Notes under the pieces: generated by a model
Seen by the model: only the letters and a program-made list of their open reading frames with translations
The model's database searches: none
What the model was told of the DNA's origin: nothing
Translations under genes and position numbers: made by a program
From: Deltaproteobacteria bacterium
GTDB taxonomy: Bacteria; Desulfobacterota; Desulfomonilia; Desulfomonilales; Desulfomonilaceae
Assembly: GCA_037380965.1 (NCBI GenBank)
Contig: JARRRG010000003.1
Span: forward strand, 1 to 41,239
Direction: 5' to 3'
DNA length: 41,239 nucleotides
Part shown: in pieces, positions 7,832 through 17,222 of the stretch
Position numbering within the stretch: position 1 is the stretch's first letter
Layout of the letters: every line of letters begins with the position of its first letter

Positions 7832-8773
7832 TCATTCGCGCACTCGCTTGATTCGGCCCCGAGTGGCACCTACCATCCCGCGCAGAAGCTCAAGATTAAC
7901 AGGATCCATGTCCCTGCCCCCAAGATATTTCGGGGTTTCAAGGAATTTCGGAACCTTCCCCAAACGGCTGTCGTTCATTATAAGGTGAAAGCACTCCAAG
8001 CCAATCATTCCCCGACCAATATGCTCGTGGCGATCAACCCGGCTTCCAAGTCCTTTCTTGCAATCGTTCAGGTGGAGTACCTTGAGGCGATCCAGACCCA
8101 CGAGGCAGTCGAATTCTTCCATTGCACCCGTATAGCCCATTTGGTCCCGCACGTCATAGCCTGCCGCAAAAGCATGACATGTGTCCAAGCAGATGCCCAT
8201 ACGTTCAGGCTCGACAGTGTCCGCGATCATGCGACTCAATTGCTCGAAAGAGTGACCAAGGGCCGTTCCCTGACCAGCCGTATTTTCTACTACGATGTGG
8301 ACCTGAAAACCGGTCGTCTCTTTGAGCAAACGATTGAAGGCTCGGGTCACCGATCGAATCCCTTCGCCTTCGCCCCGGCCCTTGTGAGCTCCCGGGTGCA
8401 TGACGAGAAACGGTATTTCGAGTTGTTCCGCCCGCTCCATCTCATCCCTGAATGCGGCAACGGACTTTTCCAGGAGCTCCGGGTCGGGTGAAGCAAGGTT
8501 GATGAGATACGAGTCATGGGCCACGACAAGAATCCCTGTTCTTTGCCGCTCTTTCTTGAAGAGGCTCACCTCGTCGGGAGTGAGAGAGCCGGCTTTCCAG
8601 CGGGTGGCGTTCTTGGTGAAGATTTGGATCGCGGTGCACCCCAGATCGTGACCGCGCTCGAGCGCCCTATGGACCCCGCCGGCAATCGACATGTGCCCTC
8701 CAAGAAGGAGGCCGGTTTTTCCCGGCGATCTCTTCTGCCGCTTCAATCCGGTGGTCACCTCACCTGTCTCCAT
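7832..8773 (-). CDS. nfo: Endonuclease IV (deoxyribonuclease IV, AP endonuclease family 2)
   Basis: The core LLLGGHMSIAGG...CTAIQIFTKNATRW...AHDSYLINLASPD...MHPGAH...VENTAGQG...LDTCHAFAAGYD...LHLNDCK matches the Nfo pattern. Track ORF is 7832..8944. The start is uncertain: ATG 8773 is used here, TTG 8746 is also possible, and the 8944 start adds about 57 non-homologous residues. Confidence 0.85.
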   Translation of the reverse strand: METGEVTTGLKRQKRSPGKTGLLLGGHMSIAGGVHRALERGHDLGCTAIQIFTKNATRWKAGSLTPDEVSLFKKERQRTGILVVAHDSYLINLASPDPELLEKSVAAFRDEMERAEQLEIPFLVMHPGAHKGRGEGEGIRSVTRAFNRLLKETTGFQVHIVVENTAGQGTALGHSFEQLSRMIADTVEPERMGICLDTCHAFAAGYDVRDQMGYTGAMEEFDCLVGLDRLKVLHLNDCKKGLGSRVDRHEHIGRGMIGLECFHLIMNDSRLGKVPKFLETPKYLGGRDMDPVNLELLRGMVGATRGRIKRVRE

Positions 8774-9085
8774 CAGTTGCTTCTGAATGGCAGACGCTCT
8801 CGAAGAGAGGTCGGCAAACGTTGGAGCGTACGGCCGCGACACCTTCTCCGACAAATGATGTCTTAAGCGTATCACGTTCTGAGCATGATGGGGACGCGTG
8901 CCCTGGACGGAACAAGAGGGGGACCGAGAGCCCATTGCCCTCATTCCCGATGCGTGTACGGGTAGAATATGATACTATCATCGAATCCAAGCGAATCGCT
9001 GCATGAGAATCTCACGAGGGTCAGCCCATTGAGCGCGAACACTCCCCATTCTCCTGAAGTCGCTCACCAACCGGTAGAGCGCCGC

Positions 9086-9380
9086 ATGGAATGCAAGGTG
9101 TACTACGAAGACACCGATTGCATGAGCGTTGTCTATCATGCCAATTATCTCAAGTACTTGGAAAGAGCGCGCACGGAATACGTTGAGCGCTCGCCTCGGG
9201 GACACGCTCGTGATTCGCACCTGGATTGAGAACACCACCAGGTTCAGAATCGTCGTAAGGCAGATCGTACAGAAGAAAGGTGAACCGAGAGACTATCTGG
9301 TCACCGCCAAAGTGACCTTGGTCACCGCGAGCCCGAACGGTGAATTGATGGAAGTCCCTCGGGAATTCCACGAATTATGA
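9086..9380 (+). pseudogene. 4HBT/YbgC-type acyl-CoA thioesterase remnant with an out-of-frame internal deletion
   Basis: Frame A (9086..9229) reads [32 protein letters not shown] and then degenerates. Frame B (to 9380) reads [60 protein letters not shown]. In YbgC-type hotdog proteins about 30-35 residues normally separate these two blocks. They are absent here, and the two halves are in different frames. Confidence 0.7.
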
Positions 9381-9481
9381 CGGACGGAACCGCTCGCTGC
9401 CGGTGCCAGGGACCGAGGAGGAGATGGGGACCCGTCCGTGCCGGCAGACACGGCACGTGAGTCACCCGAGCCATAGTACCC

Positions 9482-10230
9482 ATGAAGACAGCCAACTCCA
9501 CAAGCCTACTTGGAACGCTCATTCCGATTCTGGTCGTATTTTTCGCCATGAGTCCAGCCCACGCGGACGAGCCCGATCACCTTATTGACCGCGCCCTGGC
9601 GCTCTCCGGAGTGACGGAGCAGTTGAATATGCTCGGGGGAGCCATTCTCGGAGCGATACCCGTCGACGCTTTTCCCGATTCCAGAACCAGGCGTCGGATG
9701 GGCTCTCTTCTTCATCAAACCGCGGGCAAGGAGAAATTGGTCCCCTTGATTCGGCAATCAATAAAGGAGAATTTCAGCAGGGAAAAGATTGAACAGGTCA
9801 TCGATTTCTATGACTCTAAGCTTGGTCGAAAGGTAGGCCGCATTGCGAGTGTCGCCCTCGAGCCGCGAGTGCTCAAGGGGGTGAGGGAGGGACGCAACAT
9901 CGTCAACAGGCTGAGCGAATCCCGGCTCCTGATATTGAGCCGTCTTGCCAGAGCCGAGAAGGCCGCTCAATCCAACTGCTGGCTTCGTTCGCCTACATGT
10001 TCCGCTCGCTCAAAGATGATGAACTGGAGAAGGTAGCCGCGTTTTATGAGTCTGACGCGGCTTCCTGGTTCAGGAAGCAAGTGCAGGCCGGTTTGGCTAA
10101 GGCGGTCTTCAAGACCGCAACAGTCCTTGGAGAGGTGATGATCGACTCGGGCTCCCAGGCTGCCGGACAGGAGACGGAAACGCCAAAGCACGGTTTGCCG
10201 CGGCGCGGCAATAGAGACAGAAAGCTATGA
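9482..10230 (+). pseudogene. Secreted DUF2059-like protein, frameshifted as sequenced
   Basis: Signal peptide MKTANSTSLLGTLIPILVVFFAMSPAHA. Frame 1 runs to a stop at 10036 with a nonsense tail (SNCWLRSPTCSARSKMMNWRR). A second frame continues plausibly as IQLLASFAYMFRSLKDDELEKVAAFYESDAASWFRKQ (DUF2059-like F-Y-x-S motif) to the stop at 10230. The shift is placed around 9958..9975. Confidence 0.6.
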
Positions 10231-10859
10231 GAAGCCCCGCACAGGGTCACCACCACGAGGAACAGGGAACGAGCTGCCGAGAATACGGCCCGGATATCGG
10301 TTCCCCGGGCGCGATCTGCGGGCTCTTTGCTCTTCTCATCTGTGGCGTGATGATGTGGGGCGGATGGGTGACACCGGTCGGTGCAGCGACCGGCTCGCAG
10401 AGTGGGTACAAGAAGTACGAGGATCCCCTGGGGCGTTTCAGTTTCGAGTACCCCGCCACTATGAAGGTTACGGCAACCAGCCCGGATCACGTTAAGGTGA
10501 CGCATCCCAAAGCCACACTGCGGATAAACATTTTTATTCAAAAGCGTCCTCGTAAACGTGATCCAAGAGTCCGGCCGGTCCTGGAAGCCCTCAAGCGCGC
10601 ACTGAAACAGGATATGAAAGATGCTTCCGTCATAGAGGAGGGGAAACTACGGGGGCCAGGGGACAGGCAAGGTTATCTGATCTGCTCGTTCCGAGATCAA
10701 CGGGGGATCAAGTACGTCCAATTGGTTCACTACGCGGTGAGCGAGGACCGTCTCCTCCAGATGATAATTTCAGACCGACCTCGCGGGTTCAAGAATCTTG
10801 AAAAGGTGATTCGGAAGATTCATCACTCTCTCAAGATACACAACCCTAAATTAAAATAA
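10227..10859 (+). CDS. Hypothetical membrane-anchored or exported protein
   Basis: 210 aa. ATGA stop/start overlap with the preceding gene. One hydrophobic segment (ICGLFALLICGVMMWGGWV) is followed by a soluble domain with normal composition. No family recognised. Confidence 0.5.
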   Translation: MRSPAQGHHHEEQGTSCREYGPDIGSPGAICGLFALLICGVMMWGGWVTPVGAATGSQSGYKKYEDPLGRFSFEYPATMKVTATSPDHVKVTHPKATLRINIFIQKRPRKRDPRVRPVLEALKRALKQDMKDASVIEEGKLRGPGDRQGYLICSFRDQRGIKYVQLVHYAVSEDRLLQMIISDRPRGFKNLEKVIRKIHHSLKIHNPKLK

Positions 10860-11169
10860 GACAGCAGGTGACACTGAATGCTTCCCTCTCAAGGACAGAG
10901 GGGATAATTGGGCCCGGTGCCGAATAAGATCCCCGCGCGTGTTCCCAAGACCGACGAATGCCAGCCCCTGTCAGACAGTGTGTCAACAGCGGTATCGGTT
11001 CACTAGACTAGGCGTGACAGCTGTGAAACAGTTTTGCTGAGACGCGGGATTCCCGAGACAGCGAGAAACGACTTGCCTGCCGGGGAAGAAACGATACGGT
11101 ATCCCGGCCCAGCGCATCCCGCTCGGGAGCTTCCCCATCCGGGCCGGGAATGCATGTGAGGTTCGCAAT

Positions 11170-13164
11170 ATGAGTGAATTCCATCTTGTTTCCGATTTCG
11201 TCCCCAGGGGCGATCAACCGGCCGCGATTGAAAAGCTCGCCAAAGGTTTGCAGGAGAGCACAAGAGATCAAGTCCTGCTCGGGGTGACCGGCTCCGGTAA
11301 GACGTACACCATGGCCAATCTGATAGCCGCGGCCGGCAAGCCATCGCTCATATTGGCCCCGAACAAGACCCTGGCAGCGCAGCTCTTCAACGAATTCAGG
11401 GCCCTCTTCCCCGAGAACGCGGTCGAATATTTTGTTTCCTATTACGATTACTATCAGCCGGAGGCCTACATCCCACAGTCGGATACCTATATCGAGAAGG
11501 ACACCAGTATTAACGAGACCATAGACAAGATGAGACACTCGGCTACTCGTTCGCTTTTGGAACGGGGGGACGTCATCATCGTTGCGTCGGTATCGTGTAT
11601 CTACGGCCTTGGTTCACCCCAGGACTACCGAAATATGCTCGTCCACCTGATTCAGAAAGAGGAAAGCAACAGGGACGAGATACTGAAGAAGCTGGTCGAA
11701 ATCCAATACGATCGGAACGATGTAGATTTCCATCGAGGGACCTTTCGGGTGAGAGGAGACGTGGTTGAGGTCTTCCCGGCCTATGAGGAGTCCATCGCGA
11801 TCCGAGTAGAATTCTTTGGCGATAGTGTTGACGGGATCTACGAGATCGATCCGCTGCGGGGAAAAGTGATACGAGGTCTCGACAGGCTGGCTATCTATCC
11901 GGCCAGCCATTATGTTACGGAGCGAGCCAGGCTGTTGGGGACCATCGAGCTCATCCTCGAAGAGATGAAGGAACGCGAAGCATTCTTCAGGACTGAGAAC
12001 CGTCTCATCGAAGCCCAGAGAATCGAAGAGCGAACCCGGTTCGACGTGGAAATGCTCAGAGAGATGGGATACTGCAACGGCATCGAGAACTACTCGCGGT
12101 ACCTCACCGGGCGGAAAAGCGGCGAGCCCCCTCCTACGCTGCTCGATTATTTTCCTGAGGACTCCCTCTATTTCATCGACGAGTCACACGTCACGGTGCC
12201 ACAGATCGGCGGCATGTTCAGAGGGGATCGCTCACGAAAACAAAATCTCGTCGATTACGGCTTCCGTCTCCCCAGCGCCTTGGACAATCGACCTCTTACG
12301 TTCGAAGAATTTGAGTCTCACGTCCAGCAGGTCGTATATGTATCGGCCACGCCGGGGCCTTACGAGTTGGAAAAGGCTCGGGGAAAGGTGGCGCAGCAGA
12401 TAATTCGGCCGACCGGCTTGATGGATCCCGTTATGGAAATCCGGCCGGCGAGAGATCAGGTGGACGACTTGCTGGGGGAGATACGTGCCCGAGTGGAGGA
12501 GGGAGACCGGGTCCTGGTCACCACTCTGACCAAGAGGATGGCCGAGGACCTCACTGAGTACTACGCGAATCTCGGTATCAAGGTGCAGTACCTCCATTCG
12601 GAGATCGACACCATTGAGCGAATGGAAATTATCCGGGATCTTCGGCGCGGAGAATTTGACGTCCTCGTTGGAATCAACCTCCTCCGGGAAGGATTGGACA
12701 TTCCGGAAGTCTCTCTGGTGGCCATTCTCGATGCGGACAAAGAAGGCTTCCTTCGTTCAGAGCGCTCTCTGATTCAGACCGCGGGAAGAGCGGCGCGCAA
12801 TGTGGAGGGTACCGTCTTGCTCTATGCCGATCATGTGACCGAGTCCATCGAGAAAGCCATGGACGAGACCATTCGGAGGAGACAACTTCAAAAAGAGTTC
12901 AACGAGAAACACCACATAACCCCGGAGACGATCCACAAGAACATCAGGGACATCCTCTCTTCTCTCGCGGAACAGGACTACGTGACGGTCGAGGTTGAGA
13001 TGGAGGACGACCTGGCGGAGATCGCTCATGAGGACATTCCCAAGGTCATTCGCACGCTGACGAAAGAAATGTTCGAGGCGGCCGCGGATCTTGAATTCGA
13101 GAAAGCGGCCGAACTGAGGGATCGAATCAAGCGGCTGGAGGAGAGGCAAATATCTTACGGATAG
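11170..13164 (+). CDS. uvrB: Excinuclease ABC subunit B
   Basis: 664 aa. [20 protein letters not shown], Walker [23 protein letters not shown] box, helicase motifs, and the C-terminal UVR domain [20 protein letters not shown]. Confidence 0.97.
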   Translation: MSEFHLVSDFVPRGDQPAAIEKLAKGLQESTRDQVLLGVTGSGKTYTMANLIAAAGKPSLILAPNKTLAAQLFNEFRALFPENAVEYFVSYYDYYQPEAYIPQSDTYIEKDTSINETIDKMRHSATRSLLERGDVIIVASVSCIYGLGSPQDYRNMLVHLIQKEESNRDEILKKLVEIQYDRNDVDFHRGTFRVRGDVVEVFPAYEESIAIRVEFFGDSVDGIYEIDPLRGKVIRGLDRLAIYPASHYVTERARLLGTIELILEEMKEREAFFRTENRLIEAQRIEERTRFDVEMLREMGYCNGIENYSRYLTGRKSGEPPPTLLDYFPEDSLYFIDESHVTVPQIGGMFRGDRSRKQNLVDYGFRLPSALDNRPLTFEEFESHVQQVVYVSATPGPYELEKARGKVAQQIIRPTGLMDPVMEIRPARDQVDDLLGEIRARVEEGDRVLVTTLTKRMAEDLTEYYANLGIKVQYLHSEIDTIERMEIIRDLRRGEFDVLVGINLLREGLDIPEVSLVAILDADKEGFLRSERSLIQTAGRAARNVEGTVLLYADHVTESIEKAMDETIRRRQLQKEFNEKHHITPETIHKNIRDILSSLAEQDYVTVEVEMEDDLAEIAHEDIPKVIRTLTKEMFEAAADLEFEKAAELRDRIKRLEERQISYG

Positions 13165-13282
13165 GCTGGTTCGCAGTCGCCGAGACTTCTAGGGTGAAAC
13201 CTGCGCGGTTCTATGTCATAATCCGCAATCCAGAACCTGGACCCGGTTGGGGTATCCAGAATGAGACGGCGAGGTATATGGC

Positions 13283-14596
13283 ATGCACGTGGGGGTCATA
13301 GGAACTGGTTATGTCGGACTTGTAACCGGCGTCTGCTTTGCGGAGATGGGCAATGACGTGGTTCTCATGGATATCGACGAGGACAAGATCAACCGCCTCT
13401 CCGAGGGGCAAGTGCCTATTTACGAGCCCGGTCTCGAGCAGATGATCGCTCGGAATGTTGCGGAGAGGCGACTCTCGTTCACCACGGACCTGCAACATAC
13501 GGTCGAATCCTCTCTGGTCAATTTCATTGCCGTGGGGACGCCCCCTGACAATGATGGCTGCGCGGATTTGAGTCAGGTCTTCACCGTGGCCCGCAACATC
13601 GGACGGGCAATAAACACGTACAAGATCGTGGTGACCAAGAGCACGGTCCCGGTCGGTACGACGTTCAGGGTCAAAGAGATCATCGGCCGGGAGACGAGCC
13701 ACCCCTTCGACGTAGCCTCCAATCCGGAATTCCTCAAGGAAGGTAATGCTATTGACGATTGCATGAAGCCGGATCGCGTGGTGATAGGGATTGAAGATGT
13801 TCGTGTAGGAGAAATTCTCAAGGAGCTGTACAGTCCGTTCGTGAGAACCGGCAAGCCGATTCTCGTCATGGACATACTCTCGTCGGAAATGACGAAGTAC
13901 GCTGCAAACGGTTTACTCGCGGCGAAGATCTCGTTTATCAACGAATTGTCGAGACTCTGCGAGCGAGTGGGTGCCGATATAGAAAAGGTTCGCGGGGGAA
14001 TCGGGTCGGATCCTCGAATCGGTCCTCAGTTTCTCTTTGCGGGAATCGGGTACGGCGGTTCCTGCTTTCCCAAAGATGTGGAGGCGCTCAGCCGCACCGG
14101 TAAAGAACACGGGGCGCCCCTCGCAATTCTCGAGGCGGTACAAGCGGCCAACAAAAGCCAACGGACCCATTTCGTGCAAAAGATCGTCAACCATTACGAT
14201 TCGCTGGAGGGGAAGGTCTTTGCTCTCTGGGGCTTGAGCTTCAAGCCTCGCACCGACGACATACGGGAGGCACCCGCGCTGGACGTGATACGGTCCTTGC
14301 TCGCAGAGGGCGCACAGGTTAACGTGTTTGACCCGGTAGCCATGGAGAATACCGGAAAGATTCTCGGCGACTCAGTCCACTACGCACCCGGCAACTACGA
14401 GTGTCTCGAAGGAGCGGACGGTCTGATCATCGTCACGGAATGGAACGAATTCAGATACCCTGATTTCGAAAAGATCAAGCAACTTCTGGCAGAGCCCGTA
14501 ATCTTCGACGGAAGAAACCTCTACGACCCGGACAAGATGGCCGAGAGGGGATTCACCTACTACAGCATGGGTAGGAAAAAAGTGCCATCTAGCTAG
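13283..14596 (+). CDS. ugd: UDP-glucose 6-dehydrogenase
   Basis: 437 aa. N-terminal GTGYVGLVTG Rossmann, NPEFLKEG, catalytic GGSCFPKDV, and the C-terminal UDP-binding pattern LWGLSFKPRTDDIREAP. Confidence 0.93.
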   Translation: MHVGVIGTGYVGLVTGVCFAEMGNDVVLMDIDEDKINRLSEGQVPIYEPGLEQMIARNVAERRLSFTTDLQHTVESSLVNFIAVGTPPDNDGCADLSQVFTVARNIGRAINTYKIVVTKSTVPVGTTFRVKEIIGRETSHPFDVASNPEFLKEGNAIDDCMKPDRVVIGIEDVRVGEILKELYSPFVRTGKPILVMDILSSEMTKYAANGLLAAKISFINELSRLCERVGADIEKVRGGIGSDPRIGPQFLFAGIGYGGSCFPKDVEALSRTGKEHGAPLAILEAVQAANKSQRTHFVQKIVNHYDSLEGKVFALWGLSFKPRTDDIREAPALDVIRSLLAEGAQVNVFDPVAMENTGKILGDSVHYAPGNYECLEGADGLIIVTEWNEFRYPDFEKIKQLLAEPVIFDGRNLYDPDKMAERGFTYYSMGRKKVPSS

Positions 14597-14757
14597 GCAG
14601 TTGTCGATCGCGAATGATCTCAAACTTATCCTTGATCTCCTATCGCCGGTGAGGCTATTATTCGCCTTGAAAACGAGCGGGGTCCTCTTCAGCCGTACCA
14701 GCTCCGGAAAAGATCTTTTGATTTCCAAAGTCTACCTGCTGCTCTCTTCATGCAGAG

Positions 14758-16266
14758 TTGTCAACGCTGCCGGCTTCCCACCCAAATGCATCTTCATCGG
14801 CTGAACCAGAGAGGTGGATGGCTGGTGCCAGAAGCGATGCCCTCGGGGTGATGATGGCGAAACTCTCCATTAATGTTAAGGAGTTTCTCCACGACATAGA
14901 GTCCGGCATGGCCAAAAACGCGCTCATGGCCAAGTACGGGCTCTCCGCGGAGGGGCTGGCGGCAGTAATGAAACAGGTGACCGAGGCTAAGCTCAAGGCT
15001 GACTCAACCATGCGTGACAATGCGCCGGCAGTGGAAGGATCGGTCAAAGAGGGCTTTGAATGTCCGGAATGTGGGGCCACCGATCCCCGGCCTCTGGACG
15101 AATGCCCTTCGTGCGGCGCCATAGTGGCCACGCTGGACGAGGAGCTGACTGACGAACAGCGATCGGCCGGACAGGGAGTTCCTCTCGAGAGGGAGACGGA
15201 GGGTGGACGAAGGGACGATGCCCACGTCTCCGCTCTTACCGGTGGCGCCTCCATATTTCGTTCAAATCTTGCGCGTACCGGTGTGTACGAGACAGAGGGA
15301 GTACGCCGATTGAACGAATTGAGATGGAAGTTCAGGACAGGTGGATGGGTCTCGTCTTCGCCCCTCGTCGCGGCTGGAATGGTCTTGTTTGGGAGCTGGG
15401 ATTCGCTCTTTTACGCGGTGGACAGAGAATCGGGACTGAAGATATGGGATTTCGAGACCCAGGGGCCGCTGAGTTCAGCGCCGGCTGTGGCGGGGTCGAC
15501 GGTCTATTTTGGGAGCTCCGGCGGCGATCTTTGGGGGGTGGATCTGAAGACGGGAAAAGGGACCTACCATATCAAGACCCCTGGTCCAATCACCGCGGCC
15601 CCGGTTGTGGAGGGGGGGCAGATCTATCTCGGAAGCGCCGACGGTGTCTTGTACGCGCTATCGCCCAGAGTGGGCGGCATGAGATGGAAGTTCAAGGCGG
15701 CCGGCCAGATCTCCTCCGCTGCCGCGATCTCAAATGGAGTCATCTGTTTCGGCAGCTACGATGGAAATCTCTACGCACTGGATACGTCAGGGGGCACTGA
15801 AAAGTGGGTCGTCGCGACAGGCGGTCCCGTTTCAGGTTGTCCGGCGATATTCGAGGGCACGGTCTTCTTTGGGAGCTGGAATGGAAGTCTTCTTTCCGTC
15901 GACATGGGGACGGGGAAGGTGAAATGGGCGTTCAATGCAGGGTCGAAGATTGCCTGCTCTCCGGCCTTGGCCCATCGAAGTGTCTACTTCGGAGACTGGA
16001 ACGGCAGCTTGTACGCTGTGGACATCGGGACAGGCCAGGAGAAGTGGCGATTCAGGGCGGGAAGCGGCATCGATTCGTCGCCCTCGGTAGCGGGGCGTTC
16101 GGTCTACGTGGGAAGCAGAGACCATTGCATGTACTCGATCGACGCGAAGACGGGCGCGGAAAATTGGAAGTTCAGAACCGATGGACCCATCAGCAGCTCG
16201 CCGGTGATAGCGGGCGACGCGGTGTACTTCGGGAGCGATGACGGGCACGTGTATGCCCTGGCGTAA
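14758..16266 (+). CDS. PQQ-like (BamB/YVTN-type) beta-propeller repeat protein with an N-terminal helical module and zinc ribbon
   Basis: 502 aa as in the track. A more likely start is ATG 14818 or 14851 (MMAKLSINVKEF). The N-terminus has CPECGATDPRPLDECPSCG. About eight tandem ~40-aa blades follow, of the form G-x-VYFGS-x-DG-x-LYA-x-D-x-x-TG-x-x-KW-x-F, spanning roughly 15300..16260. No signal peptide is seen. Confidence 0.8.
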   Translation: MSTLPASHPNASSSAEPERWMAGARSDALGVMMAKLSINVKEFLHDIESGMAKNALMAKYGLSAEGLAAVMKQVTEAKLKADSTMRDNAPAVEGSVKEGFECPECGATDPRPLDECPSCGAIVATLDEELTDEQRSAGQGVPLERETEGGRRDDAHVSALTGGASIFRSNLARTGVYETEGVRRLNELRWKFRTGGWVSSSPLVAAGMVLFGSWDSLFYAVDRESGLKIWDFETQGPLSSAPAVAGSTVYFGSSGGDLWGVDLKTGKGTYHIKTPGPITAAPVVEGGQIYLGSADGVLYALSPRVGGMRWKFKAAGQISSAAAISNGVICFGSYDGNLYALDTSGGTEKWVVATGGPVSGCPAIFEGTVFFGSWNGSLLSVDMGTGKVKWAFNAGSKIACSPALAHRSVYFGDWNGSLYAVDIGTGQEKWRFRAGSGIDSSPSVAGRSVYVGSRDHCMYSIDAKTGAENWKFRTDGPISSSPVIAGDAVYFGSDDGHVYALA

Positions 16267-16366
16267 GCGTTGATTCCGACACCGTGCCCGCGTCCACGTA
16301 TCGCGGGGAGGCATCGAGTTCCACCGAAGGCAGATCGAGGGGGTTGGTAAAGGCTCACCAAAGAGA

Positions 16367-16903
16367 TCAGTCCAGATTCTCTGCAGGTTCCTCAACATCG
16401 GGCAAGGGGGGAAGGGATGCCAGATCCGGCAGTCCGAAAACCTCCAGAAACCGACGGGACGTCCCGTACAACAGGGGGCGGCCCGGCACATCCTTACGAC
16501 CCACAACTTCAACGAGTGCCCTTTCGAGTAGATTCCGTATCGTGGCAGAGCTTTCCACGCCTCGAACCTGTTCAACATGGCTCTTTGTCACCGGCTGGTT
16601 GTATGCGATGATGGAGAGGGTTTCCAGCGCGGCCCGGCTCAGGCGAGACGGCTTGATCTTTTTCATCTCGAGAATCCACGGCGCTATCCGTGGTGACGAA
16701 CGAAATTGGTACCCTCCTCCGGCCCGGCACAGTAGGAAGCCCCGAGCCTCTTGGCTGTATTCCGCCTCCAGCTCGTCCAAGACCGACTGAACACTCTCGA
16801 TCGTCACGTCCCGGATGATATCTGCCAGCGCCTTGGCGCTGAGAGGATCAGGATTTGCGAAGATGAGCCCTTCGACGAGCGCCCTGAGGAATGTGCGGTC
16901 CAA
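16367..16903 (-). CDS. scpB: Segregation and condensation protein B
   Basis: 178 aa. LVEGLIFANPDPLS, GYQFRSSP, LSRAALETLSIIAYNQPVTKSHVEQVRGV, VVGRKDVPGRPLLYGTSRRFLEVFGL. Confidence 0.9.
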   Translation of the reverse strand: MDRTFLRALVEGLIFANPDPLSAKALADIIRDVTIESVQSVLDELEAEYSQEARGFLLCRAGGGYQFRSSPRIAPWILEMKKIKPSRLSRAALETLSIIAYNQPVTKSHVEQVRGVESSATIRNLLERALVEVVGRKDVPGRPLLYGTSRRFLEVFGLPDLASLPPLPDVEEPAENLD

Positions 16904-17222
16904 TACTGCTCTCCAATGACAGACAATCCTTGGTCCGAGGAGCGCCTGAGCCCCATCACGTTTATCTCACGCAGCCAATGAGGACAGGCGCGCACCTCTG
17001 ATTCATTGGTCAAGGTATACCAGCAGACAACTCAGGTGTTCAATATTTCTGTTCCCCTCGTGCCGGAGACTCGTCCCAGGAGAGAAATCAGACCGAATGA
17101 CGCGGGCCTGCATTCATGCTCGGAACACGTGTGCCCAAAGACTTGCACATGGATCCGTCAAACCTCTCCCCCCGGGGGTGTTGATGCAGGACCGTTTGTG
17201 ATACACTGGCGGCTGATACCAG

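Noticed and set aside
7703-8491. 262-codon plus-strand ORF
   Set aside because: It is antisense to endonuclease IV, whose motifs are unambiguous. It has no SD and a low-complexity, Arg/His-rich composition.
10968-11024. Palindromes CTGTCAGACAG (10968..10978) and ACAGCTGT (11017..11024) upstream of uvrB, considered as an SOS/LexA box
   Set aside because: Neither fits the CTGT-N8-ACAG spacing nor other LexA consensus forms I know. They lie 150-200 nt from the uvrB start, so I have no support for a regulatory call.
15324-16578. Several 145-248-codon ORFs (15324..15800 +, 15804..16241 +, 15832..16578 -)
   Set aside because: These are off-frame or antisense readings of the tandem PQQ-propeller repeats. 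The repeat periodicity keeps alternative frames open, and the products are Arg/Gly-rich nonsense.
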